A program made the translations under genes and the position numbers. The notes beneath the pieces are model-generated. The model worked only from the letters and a program-made list of their open reading frames with translations. It did no database searches and was not told where the DNA came from. 64,000 nucleotides of DNA from an uncultured cyanobacterium. GTDB taxonomy: Bacteria > Cyanobacteriota > Cyanobacteriia > Cyanobacteriales > Nostocaceae. Of this stretch, positions 32,739 through 44,086 are shown piece after piece; within the stretch, counting starts at the first letter, position 1, and every line of letters begins with the position of its first letter. Where the stretch lies: NCBI GenBank assembly GCA_963740315.1, contig CAVUDP010000001.1, forward strand, positions 928,001 through 992,000. The letters are read 5' to 3'.

Positions 32739-33416
32739 TGCTTGAGCAGAATTAAGATAAATTCGCAGCAAGGGTTAGGGGTAATTAAGGTTGAAGGTTA
32801 AAGGTTGAAGGTTAAAGGTTAAAGGTCAAAAATACTACCTTGCCCCCTTGTCTCCCCATCTCCCTCTCCCCTTACCCCTTGTCTACCCATCCCTTGGTAT
32901 TTTCCTACCATTAAAAGAAAACATCCGACAGATGGAAAGCTTAAACGGTTATATATTCTCTTGCCGATCGCGGTATTTATTGTGGATTCCATATTTACAA
33001 TCATGCCTGGTAACTCGTCAATTGCATACAGCATCCTCAAAAAAATATTTTAGATAAGTAAGTTATTTTTGATAAAATTATCTGAAAGCAAAAAAAAAGT
33101 AATAAAAAGTAGGAAAAGTAGGAAAAAGAAACCTAAACATATTAATTAAGTAGGAAAAACATCCAATATTTGATTTGATCGAGCCTGGAATGCTTATTTT
33201 AATCAGACATAAATAGATCAAAAATCGCTTTATAAATCATTTCATAAAGTATTGCAGAACTAAAATAAATCAGTAATAAAATCTATTTGCAAGAAAACAT
33301 AAAGATACTGTATAATCACTGATAAGAAAAGAACAGTTTTCTCAAAAATAGTCATAGTAAGTATTGCAGCCTTGCTCAACGGCTATGATTCCTGCTGAGA
33401 AAAGTATTATATTACT

Positions 33417-33455
33417 CAATATCAAGATATTGTAAAGTTAATATCAAGATATTGT
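33417..33455. promoter_or_regulatory. Tandem palindromic candidate operator upstream of the EPS cluster
   Basis: AATATCAAGATATTGT at 33418 and 33440; each copy contains AATATC-AA-GATATT. Confidence 0.45.
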
Positions 33456-34142
33456 GAATTATAAAGAAAAGGTATTGTTACCTTGTCGTGAGTGTTGGTA
33501 CTATTCCATTGTAAAAATAAATACAAAAGAGGTTGTATGTTTAATAACTGGTAAATTAGTTTACTGTCGTTGATGCTATGGTAATTTTACTAAGGTCAAA
33601 TTTTTTTACAACTTTTAGTAGCCTTGAAACTGACTAAAAGAACGATCGCAATTGCTGATTAGATATAGATTGTATCACTAAAAGAAAAAGTTTGATTTAT
33701 CTTTACTGATTTCTATCATATCTTAACAAACTTTGGGTAAATAAAGAATTTAAGCAGCGATCGAGTTATGATCTGGAGTTTTCTATGCTTGCATTGTTGT
33801 AGAGAATAATGTTGAGCAGCTTTTCCAACCCGTGTATGATTTGTGCTGTAAATAGCATTTAAGAAAGTCCGTAACAAATTATACGTTTTTTTATAGAAGT
33901 AGGGCTTTGACGGTCTAACGATCTCAGTCCTTCTAAAGACCTTTACTGTGTTTATTTTGACAGTGAAGGTTGAATAATATACTCTATGTAGAGTATAAAT
34001 TTAAAAATAATAGGTGCATCTACTTTCCGACTTCGTAAAAAGTTAAGTTTGGGCAATTTTTTTTGAGTGTAATATATCAGAGTTAAAATTTTCTCTACGA
34101 AACTTCTTAAAGGGCGTATAGTTATCAGTAGTGTATCTGTAT

Positions 34143-34586
34143 ATGAAAGAAGTTAAATTAGTCAAAAGATGCGATCGCAATCGCAACCGTTCTAAAAGAA
34201 GGGCTATCTACTGCCCGGTGCATAGATGTTACTTACATAGCGTCAGTCAAAAATATAAATTATTTGCTTCCGATGCCAAGCAACTCCAACAAAAAGGAAT
34301 AGGGCGACAGAATGCCAAAATATTGATAGCTAGTCAAACCGCAGTGCTTTTAGAAGATGAGTGGTTAGAAGCATTTTGGTGCGATGAATGCCAGCGAACG
34401 GAATGGTATCATGTCAAAAAAACTGGCAAAAGCTCTGACACAAATGTTGGACGTATTTCCTATTCAATATCGGTGGCACCTCGCGAACTATGGGAACGAT
34501 CGGTAGGTGTAGATGAATCCAGAGGAAATCCTAGCGTTAGTGAATTTACTCGCAGACATGCACGAATGGTTAGCTATGATTTATAG
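34143..34586 (+). CDS. Hypothetical Cys/His (Zn-binding-like) protein at the head of the EPS cluster
   Basis: YCPVH and FWCDEC motifs; GNPSVSEFTRR. Confidence 0.72.
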   Translation: MKEVKLVKRCDRNRNRSKRRAIYCPVHRCYLHSVSQKYKLFASDAKQLQQKGIGRQNAKILIASQTAVLLEDEWLEAFWCDECQRTEWYHVKKTGKSSDTNVGRISYSISVAPRELWERSVGVDESRGNPSVSEFTRRHARMVSYDL

Positions 34587-34767
34587 GAGAAACCGGAGAA
34601 AGCTTGTATGAATTAATTCTTGAACAGAAAAAGAGATTTAGTTGTTAGCTGATAAGCGCTATTATTTGATATTTGCCGACTGATTCAACTCATTTAAACA
34701 AGGAAAAGGGCAAATTATCCTAATATTGATTTAGATAAATAGGGCATAAGGCATAAGAGGTGTAACT

Positions 34768-36294
34768 TTGAACAAGAAACCGTTTGTTAAGTTAAAAAAC
34801 GGGAAGATAGTAAGCGCGGATTCGGGGGCAACAGCTTCTTTTAATGAAACCGATGAAACCCAAGCTTATACAAAAAAAACGTCAGTAACGTCCAAAGCAT
34901 CAGGAATATTTTATTTACTTACTCTTATTTTGGTAAACGCGGGTATTTGGAGTGGGGCTTTCATGTATTTAGCCACAGCGAAACCAAAATATGTCAGTGA
35001 ATGGGCAATTAATATTCCTGGTAGTGGTTCAACCTCTGACATTAATCTTCCTAATATTGGACAAGCAACATCGCAAAATTATTCAGCTTATGCGGGAGCA
35101 AATTACGATCCTAGAGAAAACTATAAAGCGATCGCAACCAGCGATCGAGTATTAGAAGTAGCAGCAGCAAAAGTTAATATTCCATTAGAAAAATTCGGCA
35201 AACCGCGAATTAAAACTGTTGACAATACATCGCTGATGAGATTTGAGCTTCAAGGTTCGACTCCCCAACAAGCGAGAATAAAATCCGTAGCTTTACAAAG
35301 AGCATTTGAAGCCAAATTAGACCAATTAAGGTATGAAGAAATTGCTCAGCAGAAAGCACGTTTGGAAAGTGGAATCGAAACCTCGCGGCGAACATTAACA
35401 GCCGCTCAAAGACGACTTAGTGCTTTCCAAGCTGCTTCTGGTTTAAGCTCTGAGGAACAACTGACTAAGTTAGCAACGAATATAGAAGATTTACGCAGAC
35501 AGCGTGCCGAACTAGCAGCCCAACAGCAACAGTCTCAAGCCCAGCTTGCGGAATTATCTAGTAGTCTAAATTTATCTTCCGATCAAGCTTCAGATGCTTT
35601 TGTTTTACAAGCAGATCCACTCTTTCAAAATTATCTGAAAAGTTACAGCGAAGCTAATAGTCAATTGATCGGTTTAGGTGCAAGGTTTTTACAGACTCAT
35701 CCGAGTGTGATTAACATCAAAACCGAGCAAAGAGATGCTCAAGCTGCTCTTTTAAACAGGGCGCAAGCTTTGTTAAATCGTCCGATAAGTATGGCGTTAA
35801 TTAATCGGCTCAACTTTAGTAATAATGAATCATCTGGTTCTAAACGCGCTATATTATCCGAACAATTAGTGACAACAAGCGTAGCAAAACAAGGAATAAA
35901 AGCTCAAGTAGAGGCATTAGAGACAGAAATTCCGCAACTGGAAGCAAGGCTGCAAAAATTAGCACAGCAAAATTCCGTGATGGAAGATTTGAAGCGAGAC
36001 GTACAAGTTGCCGAAGCAGTGTTTTCATCAACCATTACTAAATTAGACTTAGCAAAAACCACCGTTTCGGCTTCTTACCCAGAAACTCAAATTCTCGCTG
36101 CACCGAGTTTACCAACTGAGGCAAATGCACCAAGAAAAACCTTAGTTTTAATAGGTGCATCATTAGGCTCGTTATTGTTTAGTAGTGGAATTATTGGGTT
36201 ATGGAAAGTTAAATCACAACAAAAAGAAAAAGAAAAAGAAAAACATCTTCGAGAATACGTAGAATACCCGGAATTTGTAGAAGACTATTACTAA
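34768..36294 (+). CDS. GumC/Wzc-like polysaccharide chain-length/export protein (no kinase domain)
   Basis: Two TM helices flanking a long coiled-coil; THPSV and APSLP..P motifs. Confidence 0.85.
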   Translation: MNKKPFVKLKNGKIVSADSGATASFNETDETQAYTKKTSVTSKASGIFYLLTLILVNAGIWSGAFMYLATAKPKYVSEWAINIPGSGSTSDINLPNIGQATSQNYSAYAGANYDPRENYKAIATSDRVLEVAAAKVNIPLEKFGKPRIKTVDNTSLMRFELQGSTPQQARIKSVALQRAFEAKLDQLRYEEIAQQKARLESGIETSRRTLTAAQRRLSAFQAASGLSSEEQLTKLATNIEDLRRQRAELAAQQQQSQAQLAELSSSLNLSSDQASDAFVLQADPLFQNYLKSYSEANSQLIGLGARFLQTHPSVINIKTEQRDAQAALLNRAQALLNRPISMALINRLNFSNNESSGSKRAILSEQLVTTSVAKQGIKAQVEALETEIPQLEARLQKLAQQNSVMEDLKRDVQVAEAVFSSTITKLDLAKTTVSASYPETQILAAPSLPTEANAPRKTLVLIGASLGSLLFSSGIIGLWKVKSQQKEKEKEKHLREYVEYPEFVEDYY

Positions 36295-36297
36295 AGT

Positions 36298-37581
36298 ATG
36301 AAGCCCCAAAACTTTGAAGAGAGTTTAGTTTGGTACGTAATTATCGGCACTTATGGTATTTACGCATTCGGAATGGTGTTTCCCGTTTACTCCTTATTAG
36401 CATGGGTGTTGGGCGGGTATTTAGTTTTGAAAATTTTTTTGCAAACAGAGAACACCCCAGCTAACGAAAAAATTCGTATTCCGTGGATAACATGGTTATG
36501 GATAGTCTATTCGCTAGTTATTTTAGTTGCAACTTACGCTGGTATAACTGACTTTAAGTTAGGGACAAACGCTTTATTAAGAGGTATTTTAGGTTGGCTA
36601 ACCTCTTCGACTATAATACCCTTATTTTTATTAAGCGGCTGTTTAAATATCAGACCAAAATTAATTTATCGAGCGGTATGTATATTATGTTTACAAAGTT
36701 TAATTGTAATTCCTATAGCTTATGCAGCTTATTTCCTGAATCTGCCCAGTATTCTTTATAGTTCTCCTATTGAAAGATTAATTCAAAATGGTCCAATATT
36801 TTATAACGTCGGATTTTATGCTTTAGAGTATGGTAGCTCGGATGTCCGATTATTTTTGTTTACTCCTTGGTGCCCAGCTTTAGGTTTAGTTAGTAATTTG
36901 TACTTTTTCATGGCGCTGCGAGAATCAAATAAAAGATGGCGTTACATTGGTATAGTTGGTGCGATCGCGATGAATATTGTATCACTTTCGCGAGTTGCTC
37001 TTATATCTTTACCAATAGTATTAATTATTATTTGGAGTTTGAAAAACTTTACCCGTCCCACCGTACAAATTACTGCTGGAATTGTTAGCTTTATCGCCGG
37101 TATTCTTAGTACTCAACTTAGTGATGCCGCCACAGAAGTAGTCGATACATTCTACAGTTCGAGAGCAAGTTCTTCCAAAGTTCGTGCAGCATTGCAAAGA
37201 GTAGCAATTGAAGGCTGGAAAGAAGCTCCAATTTGGGGACATGGAACTCAAAAACCGGGACCACCAGTATTAGCAAAGATGCCGATTGGCTCTCATCACA
37301 CCTGGGTAGGATTGCTCTATACCAAGGGATTAGTAGGCTTTTTCGCTTTCTTTGTACCCGTCTTCTGTAGTTTCGTAAATCTATTAATCAAGGCACGAGA
37401 TAGTAAAATTGCAGAAACATCTTTAAGTATTTTATTAATATTGCTCTTCTTCTCTTTTGGGGAACAAATAGATGTCTTGGGTTACATTTGTTTTCCTGGT
37501 TTAATTATTATGGGAATTGCCTTTAAGGAAAGAGAAAAGCCTATATTTTCTAAGTACCGATCTCACTTAAATTTATCTTAA
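36298..37581 (+). CDS. Wzy/O-antigen ligase family polymerase
   Basis: Polytopic membrane protein; SLSR, PIWGHG and GSHHTW motifs. Confidence 0.85.
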   Translation: MKPQNFEESLVWYVIIGTYGIYAFGMVFPVYSLLAWVLGGYLVLKIFLQTENTPANEKIRIPWITWLWIVYSLVILVATYAGITDFKLGTNALLRGILGWLTSSTIIPLFLLSGCLNIRPKLIYRAVCILCLQSLIVIPIAYAAYFLNLPSILYSSPIERLIQNGPIFYNVGFYALEYGSSDVRLFLFTPWCPALGLVSNLYFFMALRESNKRWRYIGIVGAIAMNIVSLSRVALISLPIVLIIIWSLKNFTRPTVQITAGIVSFIAGILSTQLSDAATEVVDTFYSSRASSSKVRAALQRVAIEGWKEAPIWGHGTQKPGPPVLAKMPIGSHHTWVGLLYTKGLVGFFAFFVPVFCSFVNLLIKARDSKIAETSLSILLILLFFSFGEQIDVLGYICFPGLIIMGIAFKEREKPIFSKYRSHLNLS

Positions 37582-37704
37582 GTTAGTTACTTTAATATAT
37601 ATAATTGCTCAAATTCAATCTCAATAATTTATAGATAATTAATAAAGCATTGTGTCATAATTTCTTTCCATTCAAGAAAAAAATCCAAAAATCTCTGCAA
37701 ATTA

Positions 37705-38973
37705 ATGATAATCGAAAAAATTAAGCAGCAACTGTCAAATCAGTTCATCCGTAATATAGGCTGGCTTGGAGGTGCTGAATTAATAAATCGTATATTTCGC
37801 TTGGGAGCAACAGTTATACTAGCTCGCGCTCTAAGCCCAAAAGATTACGGATTAGCAGCAGTTGTTCTAACTATTAACGAATTTACGACAGTTTTTACGC
37901 TCAGGGCTGGAATTGGAGGCAAAATTGTTCAAGCTGATGAGGAAGACGTAGAAGTTTTTTGCAATACAGCCTATTGGTTAAATTGGATTTTATGTATTTC
38001 CCTGTTCGTAATTCAATGTATTGCGGCTTTTCCTGTGGCTTGGTTTTATAACGAACAGAAACTAATATTGCCACTTTGCGTATACAGCTTAGTCTATTTA
38101 ATGTTACCGTTTTTCGCCGTTCATAATGCATTAATAGATAGAGCTAATAGACTAAAAATCACGGCAATAAGTACGGCAATTCAGTCAATGCTGAATAACA
38201 TTCTGATTCCAATATTTGCGCTTTCAGGTATGGGTATGTGGGCTTTTGTACTACCCGGACTTTTCACTACTCCGGTATGGATAGTCGTTACTCATCTTAA
38301 CGAACCTTGGCGACCAAAAATGTCCTTTACTTTGGAAAGATGGAAAGAGATAGTTGATTTTGGTAAAGATGTACTTGGTTATGAATTATTAGAAAAAGTT
38401 CGAGCAAATATTGATTACTTATTAGTAGGAAAATTTTTAGGTGTTGAAGCTTTAGGAATTTACTTTTTTGCTTTCAATGCGGGTTTGGGTATCAGTTTAA
38501 ACGTAATTAATATTATGGTTTGGCCCCTGTATCCTCACCTTTGTGCTGCTAGACGTAATTATAGTGAATTTAAACAGAAATATTTCCATAGTCTTAAAAC
38601 GATCGGCTTGGTAATAGTTCCTTTAGTTATTCTTCAGTCCAGTTTGGCTCCGTTTTACGTACCGATTGTTTTTGGTGAAAAATGGAAAATGGCAATCCCT
38701 ATATTAGTATTAATTTGCCTTTCTGCGATACCGCGTCCTTTTGGTACGGCAGCGGCTTTATTACTGCAATCTTTAGATAAAGCTTGGATCAATTTGCGCT
38801 GGAGTGTAATGTTTACCGGAGTTTTTATTGCTAGTTTATTTATTGGTATGCAGTGGGGAATTTATGGAGTAGCAGTATCCGTATTAATTTCTCATGTTAT
38901 CGCAATGCCCCTATTTACAGTTTGGGCAACAAGGTTTGTATTTGCTAGAAATTCAACTTTACTACTTAAATAA
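37705..38973 (+). CDS. Wzx flippase (lipopolysaccharide biosynthesis protein family)
   Basis: LARALSPKDYG, DYLLVGKFLGVEALGIY and FGEKW motifs. Confidence 0.9.
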   Translation: MIIEKIKQQLSNQFIRNIGWLGGAELINRIFRLGATVILARALSPKDYGLAAVVLTINEFTTVFTLRAGIGGKIVQADEEDVEVFCNTAYWLNWILCISLFVIQCIAAFPVAWFYNEQKLILPLCVYSLVYLMLPFFAVHNALIDRANRLKITAISTAIQSMLNNILIPIFALSGMGMWAFVLPGLFTTPVWIVVTHLNEPWRPKMSFTLERWKEIVDFGKDVLGYELLEKVRANIDYLLVGKFLGVEALGIYFFAFNAGLGISLNVINIMVWPLYPHLCAARRNYSEFKQKYFHSLKTIGLVIVPLVILQSSLAPFYVPIVFGEKWKMAIPILVLICLSAIPRPFGTAAALLLQSLDKAWINLRWSVMFTGVFIASLFIGMQWGIYGVAVSVLISHVIAMPLFTVWATRFVFARNSTLLLK

Positions 38974-39113
38974 AATGTTAACTTATGTAAATTAAATCAA
39001 TTTCTATGAAGATAAGATAAAAGTTTTATTTATTTAAGATACATTTGCTACATTGCATAGTTCTATCGCGTATTATTTGCAACGTGAGGGCTGTATCGAG
39101 AAATAAAGAAACT

Positions 39114-40118
39114 ATGACTGTATGTTATTTGATCCAAACCTATAAAGATCCAGAACAGGTATATAGGCTTGTTAAATTGATTAAAAGTACCGCATCTGAT
39201 TCATTTATACTAATCAGTCATAACTTTAATAGTTGTGACCTAAATACGAGTTTATTAAGGAAACTAAAGGATGTTGAGGTGATTCCAAATAATAACGTAA
39301 TGATGGGTAGTTTCGCTATTCTTCAAGGTTATTTTGATGCAATTGGTTGGTTATCAAGTCAAAATATTAAATTTGATTGGCTGATAAATCTTACTGGTCA
39401 AGATTATCCTACACAACCTCTTCATAAAATAGAATCGTTTCTAGCAAAAACTGATTATGATGGTTTTATTCAGTACTTTGACGTGTTTTCTAAGCAAAGT
39501 CCCTGGAATCGAAAAGTCGTAAATACAAGATATTTATATCACTACAAACATTTTAAGCAGTATTTATCGCCCAAACAGCGGCTTATGTTGAAACCGATTA
39601 AGCATATTATTAATAATTGTCAACCTTTTATTCGATTAAATTCTTCCTATGGAGTAACCGTTGGAATTAAAAGTTCCTGTAATTTATTTAATAAAGAATT
39701 TACTTGCTATGGAGGCTCTTACTTTGCAACGATTTCTCAGAAATGTGCCGCGTATTTATATTCTTTTGTCAAAGATAATTATCGCGTGTTCGATTACTAC
39801 AAAAAGACATTTATTCCAGAAGAGTCTCTAATACAAACTGTTTTGGTAAATAGTCAAAAATTTAAGTTATGTAATAGCAATTATCGCTATACGGATTTCA
39901 TAAATAGCCGACACGGACATCCACGCATACTAACTAAGAAAGATTTTTCGATTCTAAATCAAGACAATATTCATTTTGCTCGGAAATTTGATATGAATGT
40001 AGATAGCGCTATATTAGATGAATTAGATAGAAAAATATTTGCAGATAGAGAAATAGATGTATCTTATACTAAATTTGTAAATCCTCAAGATAATTCTATG
40101 GAATTAGTAAAAATATAA
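39114..40118 (+). CDS. GT14 beta-1,6-N-acetylglucosaminyltransferase (branching enzyme)-like
   Basis: INLTGQDYP, GGS, PEE and FARKFD motifs; ATG at 39114. Confidence 0.88.
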   Translation: MTVCYLIQTYKDPEQVYRLVKLIKSTASDSFILISHNFNSCDLNTSLLRKLKDVEVIPNNNVMMGSFAILQGYFDAIGWLSSQNIKFDWLINLTGQDYPTQPLHKIESFLAKTDYDGFIQYFDVFSKQSPWNRKVVNTRYLYHYKHFKQYLSPKQRLMLKPIKHIINNCQPFIRLNSSYGVTVGIKSSCNLFNKEFTCYGGSYFATISQKCAAYLYSFVKDNYRVFDYYKKTFIPEESLIQTVLVNSQKFKLCNSNYRYTDFINSRHGHPRILTKKDFSILNQDNIHFARKFDMNVDSAILDELDRKIFADREIDVSYTKFVNPQDNSMELVKI

Positions 40119-40220
40119 AACTTAATTTTGCTTATTATGCTTGATTCTTCCTAAGATTTAGCATAATAAGAACTTAAGAACCACAAATCAATAAATTATT
40201 GCTAGATAAGGTTAACTGTA

Positions 40221-41207
40221 ATGCCTGAAATATCAGTAGTTGTTCCCGCTTACAACTCTCAACGCACTATCTTAGAAACTATTACATCTGTTTTACAGCA
40301 AAGTTTTTCCGATTTTGAGTTAATAGTAATTAATGATGGTTCTACCGATGGAACTTTAGAGCTATTAGAAACCGTACAAGATACCAGATTAAAAGTTTAT
40401 TCTTACCCCAATGGAGGTTTACCAACAGCTCGCAATCGCGGTATCGATCGCGCTAAAGGCAAATTTATTTCTTTTATCGACGCAGATGATTTATGGACAC
40501 CTGAAAAACTAGAACTACAGCTTAAAGCTTTACAACAAAATCCAGAAGCGGGAGTTGCTTATAGTTGGACAATTTGCATGGGTAATAATGGCGATTCATT
40601 TCATAATGGTGTTGCTGAAAGTTTTCAAGGTAATGTCTATGGCAATTTGTTAGTTAGCAACTTTATTGCTAGTGGATCGAACGTGTTAATTCGTAGAGAA
40701 GCGATTGAATCGGTAGGCTATTTTGATAAAAGTTTGAAATCATGCGAAGACTGGGATTATTGGCTGCGATTAGCACCAAAGTGGGATTTTGTAGTTGTAC
40801 GGAAACCCCAAATTATTTATCGATTATCTTCGGGGGCGATGTCAAGCAAAGTTGATGTGATGGAAAAGTATCAAACTTTGGTACTCGGAAGAGCGTTTGC
40901 ATCAGCGCCGTTAGAATTACAATACTTGAAGAATCAAGGTTTTGCGAATATATATTTATTTACAACGCGACTTAGTTTAACTAGAACTAATGATGATAAA
41001 ATTCCTTGGAAAGCTGTTCAAAAGCTATGGAAAGCAATTAGTCTTTATCCAAAAATACTATTGAGAAAAGAAACTTATGTTTTATTATTTAAGCTACTGA
41101 TATTAGCTATTCTTTCTCCAAAAATTGCCACCGCTATTTTAACTAAAATTACTACCGTGCGTACAATTGTTGACCCTCGATTGCAAACTAATTCTGCTAA
41201 AAGTTAA
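40221..41207 (+). CDS. GT2 glycosyltransferase
   Basis: VPAYN, NDGSTD, FIDADD and EDWD motifs. Confidence 0.93.
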   Translation: MPEISVVVPAYNSQRTILETITSVLQQSFSDFELIVINDGSTDGTLELLETVQDTRLKVYSYPNGGLPTARNRGIDRAKGKFISFIDADDLWTPEKLELQLKALQQNPEAGVAYSWTICMGNNGDSFHNGVAESFQGNVYGNLLVSNFIASGSNVLIRREAIESVGYFDKSLKSCEDWDYWLRLAPKWDFVVVRKPQIIYRLSSGAMSSKVDVMEKYQTLVLGRAFASAPLELQYLKNQGFANIYLFTTRLSLTRTNDDKIPWKAVQKLWKAISLYPKILLRKETYVLLFKLLILAILSPKIATAILTKITTVRTIVDPRLQTNSAKS

Positions 41208-41518
41208 CAACTCTACTTGACTATTAGTTTAAAAATAAATTATGTAAACAATTACATCACTCCCTCTAGATATTAATTAAATATTCACTCTAGTTAACTT
41301 CTGGTAGTATCCTGCTACCAGTTTTTTTTATGCAATTAAATCTATCAAAGCATCATGAGCTACGAATCAGCGAAAAAAGTATTACTTATCACAAATACAA
41401 ACAAAAAGCATCAAAAATAAACCAATTTATCTATCTTTGTATAGATATGTAAAATCATCACATCTTGTTTACTTATAATCATCATTCATCACCGATCGCA
41501 ATCTACTAAGAAACACTT

Positions 41519-41851
41519 ATGCAAACTATAATAAAAAAGCATCAATACACGGTTATAAAACCTAAAAATTCTATCACAGCAGTAAATGCATATTTATTTG
41601 AACAACAATTAATAACAGCATTAAGACGAAATCAGCACTCTATATTACTAGTTGATTTGGAAAAAGTAGAATTTTTAGATAGTGCTGGGTTAATGGCATT
41701 AATATCTGGTTGTAAATTAGCTCAAAATTTAGGAACGCGCTTTAGTGTTTGTTCTATTTCCTCTTGCTTACGAATCATCATTGAACTAACTCAACTTGAT
41801 AAGGTATTAGAGGTATTTGAAAACCAAGTCTCATTTAGACAAACGCTTTAA
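41519..41851 (+). CDS. STAS-domain anti-sigma-factor antagonist
   Basis: VDLEKVEFLDSAGL and ELTQLDKV motifs. Confidence 0.9.
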   Translation: MQTIIKKHQYTVIKPKNSITAVNAYLFEQQLITALRRNQHSILLVDLEKVEFLDSAGLMALISGCKLAQNLGTRFSVCSISSCLRIIIELTQLDKVLEVFENQVSFRQTL

Positions 41852-41876
41852 TGATATTTAATTCTTGATTAAAATA

Positions 41877-44021
41877 ATGCGTTTCTTTAATTCATTTCAT
41901 CGTCATCAAGGTAAAACAATTTGCATTGCTATCGTATTAGCTAGTTTTCTGTTTCAATTTTCCTTTAATTCCAACCAAATTGTTCGTAGCGTATCTCACC
42001 AAATTGATGTCCGATCGAATCAACAATACCCGGCTTTAGGTACTTCTAATGTAGCGATCGGTGGGGGAGGTTATGTAACGGGAATTTATCTTTATCCAAA
42101 AGAGCGCGATTTAGTTTATATAAAAACTGATGTTGGCGGTTTTTATCGCTGGGATGCTAAGAATTCAAACTGGATACCTCTTAACGAACAATTTTCTCTG
42201 GCGAATAGTAATTATTACGGAGGAGAAGCGTTAGCATTTGACCCAAAAGACTCTAAAATTATATATATTGCTGTAGGAAAATATACTGCGGACTGGTGGC
42301 AGGATAAAGGAACGATTTTCAAATCCTTAGATCGGGGAAATACCTGGACTAAGCTAAATCTAGATTTGAAAATGGGTGGCAATGAAGCACAAAGATGGAC
42401 GGGGGAAAGATTAGCGGTTAACCCTTTTGACTCTCGAAATCTGTTTTTTGGCTCGCGTCAAGATGGGTTATGGAAGTCCAATAATGCTGGTAAGAGTTGG
42501 GTAAAAGTAAAATCATTTCCTTCACTCGCAGACAATATTGGTATTAACGCCATTATTTTCGATCGACATCAAAAAGGCACTATTTATGCACTAGCTCATA
42601 AAAATGGAATATATAAATCGACTGACAGGGGTGAAAGTTGGATGAAACTACCGAGAAGTTCTACCGAAGTTAACCGTATGGCTATAGGGAACAAAAATTT
42701 GTACCTAACTCATCAACAGGGTGTTAGTAAGTTTATCAAAGGTACTTGGAAAGATATTACGCCTACAAAGAATAAGACTGCGTTTAATGCAGTTACTATT
42801 AATCCAAAAAATCCAAACGATATTATAGTTGCTACCTATAGCGACACGTTTACCCAGATATTCCATTCTCTTGACGGTGGAAGCAAATGGACTGAGCAAA
42901 AACGTCAATTAAATAATACTGTCTCTTGGTGGTCAGACTATATGAAGTCAAATCCTGCGGTAGCCACCATAGAATTCGATCCTTGGATTGCCAATAGAGT
43001 TTGGTTAACAGATTGGTACGGAATATGGCGTACCGATCGCATCGATCGCAATCCCGTTGTCTGGACAAATTATCAAAAAGGACATGAAGAAGTTGTCACC
43101 TTTACTTTGGTTTCAACACCTTCTGGAGCATTAATCAGCGGTTTAGCAGACGTTGAAGGTTTTTATCACGATCGCGGACTCAATGCTTATCCATCGAAAA
43201 TGTTGAGCAACGAACCTCATACATTTCAAGACACTTACAGCATTGCTTACAGCGAAAAAAATCCTTTAAAAATGGTGCGTGTTGCGGGAAATCGTCACAA
43301 CAATACTTATAGCGGCGCAACTTCTAGCGACGGCGGTAAAACCTGGAAGCAGTTTGCCTCGTTTCCCGCCAATCAAATGGGGACGCGAGTAGCGATGTCT
43401 GCAACTAATCCGAATTTATTCGTTGTCACCCTCAGCGGCGCTCAACCTCAGCGAACAACAGACGGCGGTGCTTCTTGGCTTCCAGTTTCCGGCTTACCAA
43501 ATGGCTTCGAGGGTGCTTGGAATTGGACGCAACCTTTAGTTGCAGACAAAGTTGATGGCAACACGTTTTACTACTATGCTTCGGGAAAAATCTATCGCAG
43601 CACCAACGGCGGCGAATCTTTTAAAGTAGTTTCTGAATCGTTACCTGATGCAGATTGGCACTCTTTAAATGGATCGGGAGTTAAAGGTGAATTATGGCTG
43701 AGTCTGGATCGACAAGGATTATACCATTCAACCGACGGAGGTGAGAATTTTACCAAAATTAAGCAAGTAAATAGAGCATATTTGGTTGCATTAGGCAAGT
43801 CTAAAACCGGAAAAAAGGGTAACGCACTATATCTATATGGAGAAATTGCCAACATCGGTAAAGGTATTTTTCGTTCTTTAAACAGCGGAAAAACTTGGCA
43901 AAGAATAGGCGATCCAAATAAGCCTATTGGTAACGATCCAAATGTTATGGAAGCTAGCTCCACTGAGTTTGGATTAGTTTTTATCGGCACTAACGGTAGA
44001 GGAATTTACTACGGTAAATAA
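41877..44021 (+). CDS. Exported GH74 (xyloglucanase)-like BNR-repeat beta-propeller
   Basis: GGGGYVTGI, KTDVGG, many SxDGGxxW repeats and C-terminal FIGTNGRGIYYG. Confidence 0.85.
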   Translation: MRFFNSFHRHQGKTICIAIVLASFLFQFSFNSNQIVRSVSHQIDVRSNQQYPALGTSNVAIGGGGYVTGIYLYPKERDLVYIKTDVGGFYRWDAKNSNWIPLNEQFSLANSNYYGGEALAFDPKDSKIIYIAVGKYTADWWQDKGTIFKSLDRGNTWTKLNLDLKMGGNEAQRWTGERLAVNPFDSRNLFFGSRQDGLWKSNNAGKSWVKVKSFPSLADNIGINAIIFDRHQKGTIYALAHKNGIYKSTDRGESWMKLPRSSTEVNRMAIGNKNLYLTHQQGVSKFIKGTWKDITPTKNKTAFNAVTINPKNPNDIIVATYSDTFTQIFHSLDGGSKWTEQKRQLNNTVSWWSDYMKSNPAVATIEFDPWIANRVWLTDWYGIWRTDRIDRNPVVWTNYQKGHEEVVTFTLVSTPSGALISGLADVEGFYHDRGLNAYPSKMLSNEPHTFQDTYSIAYSEKNPLKMVRVAGNRHNNTYSGATSSDGGKTWKQFASFPANQMGTRVAMSATNPNLFVVTLSGAQPQRTTDGGASWLPVSGLPNGFEGAWNWTQPLVADKVDGNTFYYYASGKIYRSTNGGESFKVVSESLPDADWHSLNGSGVKGELWLSLDRQGLYHSTDGGENFTKIKQVNRAYLVALGKSKTGKKGNALYLYGEIANIGKGIFRSLNSGKTWQRIGDPNKPIGNDPNVMEASSTEFGLVFIGTNGRGIYYGK

Positions 44022-44086
44022 CTATTTATTATTTAATGCAAGTAGAAGTTTTGTCAAAATAATCCCAATAATTAAATAAATTGTAT

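Noticed and set aside
33885..33972. c-di-GMP riboswitch upstream of the EPS cluster
   Set aside because: Hairpins are present, but the GCAAA/GNRA-receptor consensus is not recognisable; an Rfam scan would be needed.
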